This document shows, one piece after another, positions 46,401 through 55,332 of a stretch of DNA of 64,000 bases; positions within the stretch are counted from its first letter, which is position 1, and each line of letters starts with the position of its first letter. Below the pieces are notes generated by a model that worked only from the letters and a program-made list of their open reading frames with translations, did no database searches and was not told the origin of the DNA. The position numbers and the translations under genes are program-made. The DNA comes from a virus (Duplodnaviria > Caudoviricetes). The DNA is taken from IMG/VR virus record IMGVR_UViG_3300037067_027616, positions 402,730-466,729 of that record. The stretch is one strand, 5' to 3'.

Positions 46401-49394
46401 TGGGTAACCATAGTCCGTAAGTACGCTGTCGACCACGGCCGCGCTAACCTTAGAAATCAATTCAAGGTACTGTCCAAAACAGTCATCGCATGTGACTTGT
46501 GGACCGATGGTAACAGTTTGTTGGAGTGGGGATATAATCCTGGTGCATACTCGAGGATGAAACGTGAAAAGGAAACAAAGGTTCCAAGTGAACTTGTGAA
46601 TAAAGAAGCATCTTCGGGTGGGCGTATACCTAAATCTTTGCAAGGCCTTGCCGCAGAAGCACTTAAGTATGATACCTTCAAAGAATTTGAGCACGCATTC
46701 CTTGGTGAAATAAAGCACGGTACCTATTGGCATTGGACGGACGACCCCAATTTCAAGATTGACCCATCCAAGGGTCCCCGGGACATGTCGAGCCTTTCTA
46801 CAGGAAGCATGGATGCCGGGAAACTGATGATAACCTCTGACCTCGAATATTGGTCAGACTACGGTCCAGGGGGCAAGGGAAGGCCCTACGTGGCCCTTAT
46901 AGACATGAGTGAGGTCCCCAAAGGGGCCTATCGCCAGGTGAACCGAGGATTCGGGAATGAGTTCTTCGTGTCCGACCCCTCCAAGGCGAAGGTAGAGGCC
47001 GTGTACCCCCGTCAGCGTGCGCTACAGGTCAACAGGGAGCGCTCCAAGGCCCTTCCACAGAGCAGTGAGGAGTTGGAGGGGTTCTATGACAGGGTAAAGG
47101 GTAAAGAGCCTGCAGAAGGCCCCGGAAGGCCTATGGAGGCATCTTCCTCCCCCGCCCGATATGACGAACTTGCAGAAAAGGAAAAATCTGGAACGATAAC
47201 GGACGCCGAGCGACAAGAGGCGCAGCGGATGGTGGACGGAGAGGCACGTAAGGCTGGATACCAGATGACCCTCTACCGGGGTGACCGACCCGGCAAGACG
47301 AGGTTCACGGGGCGGGAGGACAAGAGCGTAGTGACACCAGGCAACATTTTCCTGTTTGATGACCCCAGCCTTGCCAAATTCTATACCTCGCAGCGTACCA
47401 ACTATATGCGTGATTGGCGCACCATGGGGTCGAAAGAGGGGCTGTATGCCTTGAAGGTCAATTTGGGAGACCGTGTCTTGAAGGTGGACGCCAAGGATAA
47501 TGATTGGTCCAAAATCGAAGCCCCAGACGAGGTTGGTGGGAAAGATAAATACCCTTGGGGGATACAGATTGACAGCCTCGCGGAGAAGGCCCGGAAAAAG
47601 GGGTATACGGCGGTTGTCGTCAAGAATGCTTTAGATCAAGCTGGATCTGGAACCCAATACGTTGTGTTCTCACCGACCCAGATAAAATCTTCCGAGACTT
47701 TTGTTTACCAAGACGATGGCGATGTCGTGCCTTTGGAGAAGAGGTTTGTGTCCAAGGAAGATATCCGCGGTGATGTTTCAACGAAACAAAGTAAAATCAA
47801 AAATGGTAGTCCGTCATCGCTCAAGGTGGCCCATATTTATCTGATGGGATCTTCCTCTGAAAAAGTATATACGGCGGAAGGTATCCAATATGTGATACCT
47901 TTTAGAAAAGAAACCTTCTCTACTCCGATGCTTGTAAGTATCCCAAAAGTGGACGCTCTCTACAAACGTAGTTACCCAGAGATGCACGTTGGCGTAGGTG
48001 AGGAGCAAAAGCGTGGTGCAAGAAAAAGTATGGAGGATTTTATAAAGACAGGGGATCCTGTTGAAATGCCCTTGATAGGATTGGTGGGGGACAAGTTGGA
48101 TTTCACGAATGGAAGGCATAGGTTCGCGGTACTACGAGATCAAGGAAAAAAGACGATGTGGGTATGTGTGTACAACGAATCGAAAGATTTAGCAGATAAG
48201 CATATAAAAGTCGCCGGGGACGATACTCTGAAAAAATCCCTGCAACGCCGGGGCGTGCGTGGTGACGACCTTCTGAATGCACTTGATTTGGTCGAGGCTC
48301 TAAGGGACAAAGGCGGGATCGTCAGCGATGATGGTATAGCTACGCTTTTCCACAGGACTACCCCCGAGAGTGCGGCGGCTATCGTAAAAGAACAGCGTAT
48401 GACATCAAAAGAGGACGGTTTGTTTTTCGGCACCAAACCCACGGGACAGATAGAAGGGTACGGGGACGCCGTGGTAAAGGTGGAGTTACCCGTGGATAAA
48501 TTGGAGCTCGATGACGAGTTCCCGAATGAGTACCATGTTAGGATGCCCACAGGCACGATCGGGAAGAAGGTGCCGGTGCGCGCGTATCCCATGGGATCTG
48601 AACCATCCCCACTCAAGGTGGCCCATATTTATTTGAAGTCCGCTATAGACGTGGACGCGGCTGCAGTGACCAAAGTATCCCTGCAGGAGGCGAAGGACAG
48701 GAAGATGCTCGGGCCTGTGTGGCACGGTACCTCACAGGAAAATATGCAGAGGATACAGGAGGAAGGCTTCAAGGCGTTCGATGTGAGTCCAAGGGAAGAG
48801 GGAAAAAGCCACGGGTACCCCGAGGGGCCATACCATGACGGCATCCCCGCTCCGGTCGATCATCTTGGATACGGTGTGTACTTCACTACGAGTCCCACGA
48901 TAGCCAAGCATTTTGCTGGGGGTACGGCAAGGGGCTTGAAGACGTACTACCTTGATGTCCCCAAGCTGGAGACCATAAACTTCGGGGCGCCGCGCACCAT
49001 GATGAAATGGTGGCTGGAAAACGGCTTCGACCCGGATTTGGCCAAGAAAGACAGGGTCGCCGCCACTAAAAAGCTGACTGAACAACTAAAATCAAAATGG
49101 GACGCGGTGTGGTTCAAGGGGAAGGGCATCCGAAGGCTATTGGACGGCGACCAGGTGTGCGTTTATGACACCTCGAGGATATACGAGATAGATCCGGCTT
49201 TGTCCAAGACAGGCGAGGCTGGGGCGAAGGTGAAGCGCAAGTCTGATGGGGTGATTGGCATCATCCTTAAGCGCGCGGAAATCGAGGAGCAGTACCGTCA
49301 CTTCCATGGTGGGGAGAAGGAGTGGATGACGGTGAGGTGGAAGAAGGGTGGCACGCAATACAACGTGTTCCCGAAGGACGTAGATTTCTTGTAA
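43401..49394 (+). CDS. Large polyvalent protein (~2000 aa) with several ADP-ribosyltransferase-like modules and a ParB-like segment; start uncertain (43401-43452)
   Basis: VYHGT..WFS..GYDSI..WVVFDP; LYRGD..QYVVFSPTQIKS; LFHRT..GLFF; VWHGT..GYGVYFTT; NGRHR. Confidence 0.7.
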   Translation: MSPVQGGQMLFIGSQRLMEVVGRFLKSAGDRIHTEEPFKTREAILRNWEYTVPEDLSQQVIDFYALSLLHPKTIEESGGESSEDVAVAIEDAKKTSVDAMWRLCFEALYRACACEIFHFQAFYNEYIENKFIDSEPSWKNVFYDLKKNMQNTYVRSDLPGYEERYALLRDKEPGVFFDFCSVAFAQSEVYWHASYGGAAWKNIASAGRMLLAASSQGDRMVAVDHALDLEHNNGSIFTKWKGKKLPKEVLDWKRVAKPDEYLSAVSPGLQDAFAAATRKQEGVGSPGSQERKDNFFKDLEVRLEEDPNKTKVDKKTMALLVKHMGNRFGELLKKQPRIINKLDKNLTLEVSGKFAEELWEISLANPENNNLMLLLPKFKEQKFKENPVKVLLNYEGSYFNDAEKSMYRDILGSVENIVEVIKNLDDKESNFVADTVTRIKPGYIYKKDLLEYLSEEGLLWNFRHNEYNLIDALSNANDFSPEFKKKISNLLNHDKTGAEVFSILYRVSKVLNGFLKEVPWINSVIKILLTEKGSKFLRELPPNYVIELMKLSNDITKKVFNEFPTVLYEVSRFDSGFNNIVLQNIDVAVKGSIKVEAYWVLFNSPEITQASVKNYPGYVIDAVGSHPEYLKYLNNEQIQVLMNYNLEDFTYHMNNDSSFRAVIEKNPVLSKKFIFDEYGKVTPIGKTQPHTMSKGPQPAEVYGSCLENTIPYVKTAKDANVTRVALAYLKSPYQDIEASAGTKKTVYHGTNVLFNRFSTKNTAMGILWFSEDRKRIERGESGADSNKYLVTAEINVNKTAGWPEYEKLMLAQIKSEGYDSIKLDDDWVVFDPRRVKILKVEERQPDGTYKEIRNRMSSKMALEQYVGEHSAPDPEVSAPLHNLTFNEIYPDDVYTNPRHYFSGEDNEDMWAWSIISDCHKKPSKSVTIYRAVPYQESSEDLISKYLQEKAYIQKTGKMPRAAVKEMNVSRYYEYLNHEIELLKEHPQKSQDNIKRINPGDWVTIVRKYAVDHGRANLRNQFKVLSKTVIACDLWTDGNSLLEWGYNPGAYSRMKREKETKVPSELVNKEASSGGRIPKSLQGLAAEALKYDTFKEFEHAFLGEIKHGTYWHWTDDPNFKIDPSKGPRDMSSLSTGSMDAGKLMITSDLEYWSDYGPGGKGRPYVALIDMSEVPKGAYRQVNRGFGNEFFVSDPSKAKVEAVYPRQRALQVNRERSKALPQSSEELEGFYDRVKGKEPAEGPGRPMEASSSPARYDELAEKEKSGTITDAERQEAQRMVDGEARKAGYQMTLYRGDRPGKTRFTGREDKSVVTPGNIFLFDDPSLAKFYTSQRTNYMRDWRTMGSKEGLYALKVNLGDRVLKVDAKDNDWSKIEAPDEVGGKDKYPWGIQIDSLAEKARKKGYTAVVVKNALDQAGSGTQYVVFSPTQIKSSETFVYQDDGDVVPLEKRFVSKEDIRGDVSTKQSKIKNGSPSSLKVAHIYLMGSSSEKVYTAEGIQYVIPFRKETFSTPMLVSIPKVDALYKRSYPEMHVGVGEEQKRGARKSMEDFIKTGDPVEMPLIGLVGDKLDFTNGRHRFAVLRDQGKKTMWVCVYNESKDLADKHIKVAGDDTLKKSLQRRGVRGDDLLNALDLVEALRDKGGIVSDDGIATLFHRTTPESAAAIVKEQRMTSKEDGLFFGTKPTGQIEGYGDAVVKVELPVDKLELDDEFPNEYHVRMPTGTIGKKVPVRAYPMGSEPSPLKVAHIYLKSAIDVDAAAVTKVSLQEAKDRKMLGPVWHGTSQENMQRIQEEGFKAFDVSPREEGKSHGYPEGPYHDGIPAPVDHLGYGVYFTTSPTIAKHFAGGTARGLKTYYLDVPKLETINFGAPRTMMKWWLENGFDPDLAKKDRVAATKKLTEQLKSKWDAVWFKGKGIRRLLDGDQVCVYDTSRIYEIDPALSKTGEAGAKVKRKSDGVIGIILKRAEIEEQYRHFHGGEKEWMTVRWKKGGTQYNVFPKDVDFL

Positions 49395-49468
49395 AACCTG
49401 AAAATAAGCTTTAAGAAAGACCTTGCCACATAGTAAATTAAGATATACACATAAGAGGAAACATCTAT

Positions 49469-49768
49469 ATGCCTACCGTAGAAAATAGTTATCAAAATGA
49501 CCTATTCGATACCATTCCAAACCATGACTTGAACATCACAGAGGCCGTAGAAATAGCATGCCGGGAGCCTACTCTTGTTGACGCCCTGTCGTGGATCGCC
49601 GTGTGGGAGTCGGAGCGTGCCATAAAGCAGGCCCGGAAATATTTCGAAACCGGAGTGAGTACCGCTTCACACGGAGGCGGGTGGGACACGTGCTTCAAGG
49701 TTTGCTTGGGTGAGGTTCTTAAGGCGTATGCCACGCCGTGTATGAAGACAGGCGTTAAAAGAGCGTAA
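49469..49768 (+). CDS. Hypothetical protein
   Basis: GAGG RBS. Confidence 0.55.
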   Translation: MPTVENSYQNDLFDTIPNHDLNITEAVEIACREPTLVDALSWIAVWESERAIKQARKYFETGVSTASHGGGWDTCFKVCLGEVLKAYATPCMKTGVKRA

Positions 49769-49865
49769 CATAATCACACAAATTTCCTGGTGTACATAAG
49801 GAGAATAATTATCTGCTATTATCCCATACGTATATACGTAGCCATACACGGGTGCACATTTAAGC

Positions 49866-50036
49866 ATGAAGAAAATAAGCTTATACATCGAAGATAAGGC
49901 TCTGTCGGAATTGAAGAAGGAGTCTGTGGAAACAGGGGCCCCTGTTTCTGTTCTTATCCGTAGATCCGTTGAAGAGTTTTTGAAAAAAATAAGAATAAAA
50001 TACCTATCGGTCAGCAACAAAAAGGTTGGAAAATAA
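49866..50036 (+). CDS. Ribbon-helix-helix (CopG-like) DNA-binding protein, not in the ORF track
   Basis: Manual translation: MKKISLYIEDKALSELKKESVETGAPVSVLIRRSVEEFLKKIRIKYLSVSNKKVGK (56 aa). Confidence 0.7.
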   Translation: MKKISLYIEDKALSELKKESVETGAPVSVLIRRSVEEFLKKIRIKYLSVSNKKVGK

Positions 50037-50037
50037 G

Positions 50038-50763
50038 ATGGGATACTACAGACGAGTGAACGTGATGGTCCCGACTTACAAGCGTATCCTCAACGGTCGG
50101 TTCATCAAGATGCTTACGTCTGCGATGATAACAGCCGGCGACCCCAAACAAGTGTGCTTCACGTTTTTGATAAATGAGGACGATGTGGAGTCCCACCAAT
50201 TTTTCGGGTCACAGGAAATAATACCAAAGGAATTCGAGTATCACGTCCTCAATACGAACGTGTCACCACCGAGTCTCTCGAAGTTCTACAATCAAATGTA
50301 TGTGCAAACCAAGTTTTCCGACCCCGAAACTCTCGTGTCGATGGTGGGGGACGACATGGTTTTTAGGACCCCCGGGTGGGACACAGCCGTCCTATCAAAG
50401 GCGAACGAGATGGGCGGCGTATGTGGTATCTACTGCGATGATGAATATGTCCAGCACGAAAAATTGTGTGTGAATTTGTTCACCACAAGGAAACTCATAG
50501 AAGCCGCAGGCAAGCCATTCATGTGTGAATTGTACCCGGTTGACTTCATAGATGTCGTATGGATGAAATTCCTGCAACGCATAGGTAGAGCGTGCTACTT
50601 GGACGGGGTGAAAATTAAACACGAGCATGGGCATGGTTCAAAGAATTTCATCCGTCTTCAACAAAACGCAGGAGAGTCCCGAAAAAACATTCCTTTGATG
50701 GGGGCGTATGTGGAAAGTATGGCAAAAAGCGTTACCGAGAAAGGTTTGCTGACTACCCCATAG
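50038..50763 (+). CDS. GT-A fold glycosyltransferase
   Basis: VPTYKR, GDDMVFRTPGWD. Confidence 0.7.
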   Translation: MGYYRRVNVMVPTYKRILNGRFIKMLTSAMITAGDPKQVCFTFLINEDDVESHQFFGSQEIIPKEFEYHVLNTNVSPPSLSKFYNQMYVQTKFSDPETLVSMVGDDMVFRTPGWDTAVLSKANEMGGVCGIYCDDEYVQHEKLCVNLFTTRKLIEAAGKPFMCELYPVDFIDVVWMKFLQRIGRACYLDGVKIKHEHGHGSKNFIRLQQNAGESRKNIPLMGAYVESMAKSVTEKGLLTTP

Positions 50764-50794
50764 CAGATAATAATTACATTTTACGCAAAAGCAC

Positions 50795-51442
50795 ATGTTC
50801 AAATTAGATTACGACACGATAAAACGGTTGCATGCAGAGGTTGGCTTTAAAGGTCCCCTGCTTGATGCTGGTGGTTGTGAAACCCCCACCATAGCGGATT
50901 ATGACATCTCGATTCGGAAGGCCTATCACACCGTAGTTAATCTCGGTGGTGTCAACCGGGCTATTACTGTACCTCACGAAAATCAGCAAGACAGGTATGT
51001 AAATATCGTACGGCCTTGGTCTTTCATAGACCCGTCTTATCTCATTCTCAATCCTAACAAAGGTGACCCGTACATAGAGGAATTACCAGCAAAATATTCA
51101 GAGCACTTCAACACGGTAATTCTTGTTTCCGTTTTTGAACACGTCGACAATCCGTACAAAGTATCGGATGCCTTATTTGCAATAATTAAACCTGGCGGGT
51201 ATCTTTTCAATTCGACGCCTTTCATATTTCCTTATCACCCAAGCCCCAATGACAACTTTCGTTTTTCACCAAGGGCCCTAAAATTGATACACGAGTCGAG
51301 TGGGTTTAACGTGTTGCAAAATACGTTTCACATAAACTACCAAACGGTCGCAGGCATTGGGGACACCAACCCAAGCAACTACGGGGCACCACAAGCTGTT
51401 ATGGCTTCTATGGCTTTGTGCCAAAAGCCGGAGAGGAAATAG
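50795..51442 (+). CDS. SAM-dependent methyltransferase
   Basis: LLDAGG, SVFEHVDNP, IKPGG, PFIFPYH...DNFRF. Confidence 0.8.
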   Translation: MFKLDYDTIKRLHAEVGFKGPLLDAGGCETPTIADYDISIRKAYHTVVNLGGVNRAITVPHENQQDRYVNIVRPWSFIDPSYLILNPNKGDPYIEELPAKYSEHFNTVILVSVFEHVDNPYKVSDALFAIIKPGGYLFNSTPFIFPYHPSPNDNFRFSPRALKLIHESSGFNVLQNTFHINYQTVAGIGDTNPSNYGAPQAVMASMALCQKPERK

Positions 51443-51445
51443 GTT

Positions 51446-52327
51446 ATGCGCGTTGCGTTTGGCATGATCGTCCTTAACGGCAACTATGTTTTGCGCCAAT
51501 GCTTGGAGGCTGTCTACCCGTTTGCCAACCAGATACTCGTGGCGGAAGGTCCTGTAAAATACTGGCAGGATCGTGGCATGACAACGTCTACGGATGGGAC
51601 AAACGAAACACTTGAAAGCTTTCCGGATGTGGAACACAAAATAGTGGTGCACCACGGGCAGTACAACGAGAAGGACGACCAATGCAACGCGTACATGCAA
51701 CACCTTCGCAACGACAACGACTATCTCTGGAATCTTGATAGTGACGAGGTGTTCAAGTCGGGGGACATAGAAAAGTTGCTAAAAATGTTGGAAGCTGAAC
51801 GTTACACATCTGTGGGGTTTAAAAGCTGTACTTTTTTCGGGGGGTTCACCCACAAGCTCACCGGGTTCGAGGAGCGTGCCGAATTTCACCGTGTCCATAA
51901 AATATGGCCAGGTTCGACTTGGCTCACGCACAGACCACCAAAGGTCAAGCACGCCCCTGGTGTAATAACTTGGCCTGATAGACATTTGGATTTCAATACG
52001 CTCTCATCACAAGGCATTCGCATGTACCATTATAGCTACGTGTTCCCGAAGCAAGTTCGGGAGAAGGTAGCGTATTACAAAGCGTGCGTGAGTAGAGAAA
52101 ACTGCATCGATGACTATTTCAATAAAGTGTGGCTTCCGTGGGTAAAAGGAAACGCTCACGAAAGGCTGGCCCTCGAAAACCAATTCAATGGAGTGCATGA
52201 GTACGTCCCCTCCAATCGTGGGGACTGTCGGACCGAACTTTTCAACGGTGAGCATCCTGTGGTAATAGCTCGGGACAGGGCACGTTTGCAGGAAACATTC
52301 GACAGCCAACTTAAGGAGTGTCCGTGA
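51446..52327 (+). CDS. GT2-like glycosyltransferase
   Basis: GMIVLNG, STDGT, LDSDE, HYSYV. Confidence 0.78.
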   Translation: MRVAFGMIVLNGNYVLRQCLEAVYPFANQILVAEGPVKYWQDRGMTTSTDGTNETLESFPDVEHKIVVHHGQYNEKDDQCNAYMQHLRNDNDYLWNLDSDEVFKSGDIEKLLKMLEAERYTSVGFKSCTFFGGFTHKLTGFEERAEFHRVHKIWPGSTWLTHRPPKVKHAPGVITWPDRHLDFNTLSSQGIRMYHYSYVFPKQVREKVAYYKACVSRENCIDDYFNKVWLPWVKGNAHERLALENQFNGVHEYVPSNRGDCRTELFNGEHPVVIARDRARLQETFDSQLKECP

Positions 52328-52971
52328 TGGACATTGATAGAAGCACGTGTTGGTACTCTGCAGGGTGTGCCGAGCAGATGAGAACCGTCGTGGAACAAAA
52401 AAGATGGCCATTGTTGGCTGACTCGGATCACTACCCAACTTTGAAGAGGCTGCTAGATATTGCTGTTTCGGACGGTTGCAAGACGTTGATCGATGTTGGG
52501 TGTGGGGCCGCCTCGTTGCAACAACTTCCTTTTGTGCAAAGTTGTTTTTCTACTACCGGGGTTGATTTTCCGCACATCATCGAAGGCGCCGCCTTACCAT
52601 TATACCCAAATGGGTGCTTCATTAGATGTGACCTGCTTGATGAAAAAACAGACTTGTCGTTCTTGAAAAAATACGATTTGGTGGTTATGAACGCGTTCAT
52701 TGATGTCATGCAGTATCCTTTAATCATGTTGGATAGGATCCTCAGACATTGCACAAGTCACGTCCTGCTACATCGCCAATACGTGACAGACAAGCCAACA
52801 TTTCTATCCAAGCACGAGTCTTATGGAGGTGAGTCTTACTCGTCCCACATCAACGAGAAAGAATTGGATGATGTGCTAAAGCGTAACAAGGTTGGCATAA
52901 AGCGTATTCGTTTGGATACCAATTTGGGGTGGCCGGGTATGTACAGTTTCCTTTGGGAGGTCAATACATGA
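52327..52971 (+). CDS. SAM-dependent methyltransferase
   Basis: LIDVGCGAA, GVDF, YDLVVM. Confidence 0.75.
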   Translation: MDIDRSTCWYSAGCAEQMRTVVEQKRWPLLADSDHYPTLKRLLDIAVSDGCKTLIDVGCGAASLQQLPFVQSCFSTTGVDFPHIIEGAALPLYPNGCFIRCDLLDEKTDLSFLKKYDLVVMNAFIDVMQYPLIMLDRILRHCTSHVLLHRQYVTDKPTFLSKHESYGGESYSSHINEKELDDVLKRNKVGIKRIRLDTNLGWPGMYSFLWEVNT

Positions 52972-53852
52972 AACGAAATTTATGTACGGTATCCGACTAC
53001 AGCTACGCAGATAAAGGCTTGGCTTTGTACGATTCACTCATTGACTCTTCGACCGATTTCGTTTTGTACTACATGTGTGTCGACCTTAAACTGTATGCCA
53101 AGCTAAAAGAACTTGCTTTGCCAAAGATGATTCCGTTGTTTGTGGAGGATTTTGAGGAACTCAAAGACAGAACGGTCGTACCCGGACCTCACGGGGGAAC
53201 CCCGTACCAAGAGTACTGCTGGTCTTTGGCATCAAGAACATGCAACATACTTTTAAATCAAAAGGGTCTTCCGGAGATATTGTACATCGACTCAGATATA
53301 CCCGTGTATACGGACATCGAACGCGTTTTCAAAGCAGTTGATGGTAAAAGCATAGGCATAATCCCCCACCTCCACGTACAGCGTGGAAGTCCCTATGGTG
53401 CTTATAATGTGGGGATCGTCTACTTCCGAGGCGACACGGCAGGAAAAGCTTGTCTGTCATTTTGGGTGGAATGCGTGACAAACCCTACGGGACCCTATCG
53501 TCAAACTCACGGGTTATGCGGAGACCAAAAATATTTAGAGTTGTTCGAGGAGAAGTTTCCTGGAGCAGTAGAAGTCATAGTTGAAAAAGCCGCTCATATC
53601 GCTCCGTGGAATGCCCGACTATTCAGTTATGAACCGTTCGACATGACAAGCAAAATGGTTGTTTTTAATGGCACAGTTACCCCCCTTGTGTTCTACCACT
53701 TTTCACATTTTGCCACGGCATACGACACGGACACATACATAGGAATCACAGGAAGCTACGATCCAAACATATTGAGGATACCAGCTATCAAAGCTTTATA
53801 TGATGACTACTACCAACGTTGCAAGAAAGCACACGTGAGATACAGCACATGA
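52968..53852 (+). CDS. GT-A glycosyltransferase (GT8-like)
   Basis: YIDSD, YNVGIV, GDQKYLE, APWN, FYHFS. Confidence 0.8.
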   Translation: MKRNLCTVSDYSYADKGLALYDSLIDSSTDFVLYYMCVDLKLYAKLKELALPKMIPLFVEDFEELKDRTVVPGPHGGTPYQEYCWSLASRTCNILLNQKGLPEILYIDSDIPVYTDIERVFKAVDGKSIGIIPHLHVQRGSPYGAYNVGIVYFRGDTAGKACLSFWVECVTNPTGPYRQTHGLCGDQKYLELFEEKFPGAVEVIVEKAAHIAPWNARLFSYEPFDMTSKMVVFNGTVTPLVFYHFSHFATAYDTDTYIGITGSYDPNILRIPAIKALYDDYYQRCKKAHVRYST

Positions 53853-54883
53853 AGTTCAATGACCTTCAATCCGAGTACTTGTACTTTAAGGTCAACATAG
53901 ACGCTGCGTTGGAGCGTGTACGTTGTTCGGGTACTTATTTGTTTGGCCCCGAACTAGAAAAATTTGAGGGGGCATTCGCCCAACATGTCGGGGTCAAATA
54001 TGCCATCGGTGTAAAAAACTGCACAGATGCTATCACGTTGCTTGTGCGCCATCTTCTCAAAGAGCGCCCAAACGCCCCAATTATCCTCCCCAACTTCGGA
54101 GCGTACCCTACAGCGGTGGCTTGCAGGATATGCACACCGAATCTGTATTTCGTGGATGTCGATGACACGCTCACAATGAATGTCGATAAGCTTCCAAATT
54201 CTTTGCGAGATGGCATCGTATTTATGGTGCACCTTTTCGGAAACATCGGTGACAAACGAGTTCGTGATTATGCGTCAACTAACAATCACATTCTCATTGA
54301 GGATTGCGCCCAAGCCACCGGGGCCGGTTGTGGTGCGCTTGGTGACTATTCTGTATTCAGCTTCTACCCCACTAAACCATTGGCTGCAATGGGTGATGGG
54401 GGTATGATATGTTCTTCCTTCAATGATCTTTCGGTGTTCAAAAAATTGAGGTTCTACGGGTACGATACGGATGAAGTAGGCATAAACAGCAGGATGGACG
54501 AGTTTCAAGCATCAATTCTTATGGCCAAACTTCAAGGTTTTGACAGCTTGAATATGACCAGGCGTGGAATTGCTCAACGTTACATGCAACACGTGCAAGG
54601 TGTACGAGTTTTAGATTACTGCATATACCATCAATTCGTGGTTCAATTCAACGACAGAAACAGGATACTTGCCGAACTCGACAAACGGGACATCCCGCAT
54701 GCAATCCATTATCCCCAACATGTAAGCGAGATGGATACATTAAAAGGCCTACACAACCAAGTAACGTATAGGGTTAACGACAAAGTCGTGTCATTACCTG
54801 TTCATCCTTTTATGAGCGATACAGAAATATCAAAAGTGGAAGACTTTTTACATGACTACAGATATAACGAACGTACAGATTAG
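53849..54883 (+). CDS. DegT/DnrJ/EryC1/StrS aminotransferase (FdtB/QdtB-like)
   Basis: IEDCAQA, SFYPTKPL..MGDGG, GINSRMDE, SLPVHP. Confidence 0.92.
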   Translation: MKFNDLQSEYLYFKVNIDAALERVRCSGTYLFGPELEKFEGAFAQHVGVKYAIGVKNCTDAITLLVRHLLKERPNAPIILPNFGAYPTAVACRICTPNLYFVDVDDTLTMNVDKLPNSLRDGIVFMVHLFGNIGDKRVRDYASTNNHILIEDCAQATGAGCGALGDYSVFSFYPTKPLAAMGDGGMICSSFNDLSVFKKLRFYGYDTDEVGINSRMDEFQASILMAKLQGFDSLNMTRRGIAQRYMQHVQGVRVLDYCIYHQFVVQFNDRNRILAELDKRDIPHAIHYPQHVSEMDTLKGLHNQVTYRVNDKVVSLPVHPFMSDTEISKVEDFLHDYRYNERTD

Positions 54884-55271
54884 AAATTTCAAGGAATTTT
54901 GGGACGAGACCGGCTGTTTGACTCCGATCGAGTTTGGGGATTTGCCGTTTCCTCCTGCCCGTATCTTTTGTGTTACAGACGTTCCTAAAGGTTGCCTCCG
55001 CGGTGACCACGCGCATTACGTTACCAGACAGTTGGTAATTTGCGTCAAAGGTTTAATAGAGGTCAACCTTTTCAATGGTGAGGTACACCGCAGTTTGGTG
55101 CTCGAGGAGCGGTGCGGTGTTTTGATTGATGCGATGGTATGGGATTCGCAACGGTTCCTTCAAGACGGTTCCGTGCTGTTGGCTTTGTGCAGTACGCCCT
55201 ACAACAAGGATGACTATATTATTGACAAGGAACAATTCATGCAACTATCGAAGAAACAACGAGATACCTAG
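54852..55271 (+). CDS. dTDP-4-keto-6-deoxyhexose 3,4-isomerase (FdtA/QdtA cupin)
   Basis: D.TG.L, LPF, RGDHAH, Y..DDYI. Confidence 0.85.
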   Translation: MTTDITNVQIRNFKEFWDETGCLTPIEFGDLPFPPARIFCVTDVPKGCLRGDHAHYVTRQLVICVKGLIEVNLFNGEVHRSLVLEERCGVLIDAMVWDSQRFLQDGSVLLALCSTPYNKDDYIIDKEQFMQLSKKQRDT

Positions 55272-55332
55272 TGGTGCTGGGGCTTTTGTACCGTTTCTTT
55301 AATTGATAATTTGTTAATAGGAAAAGCTAACT

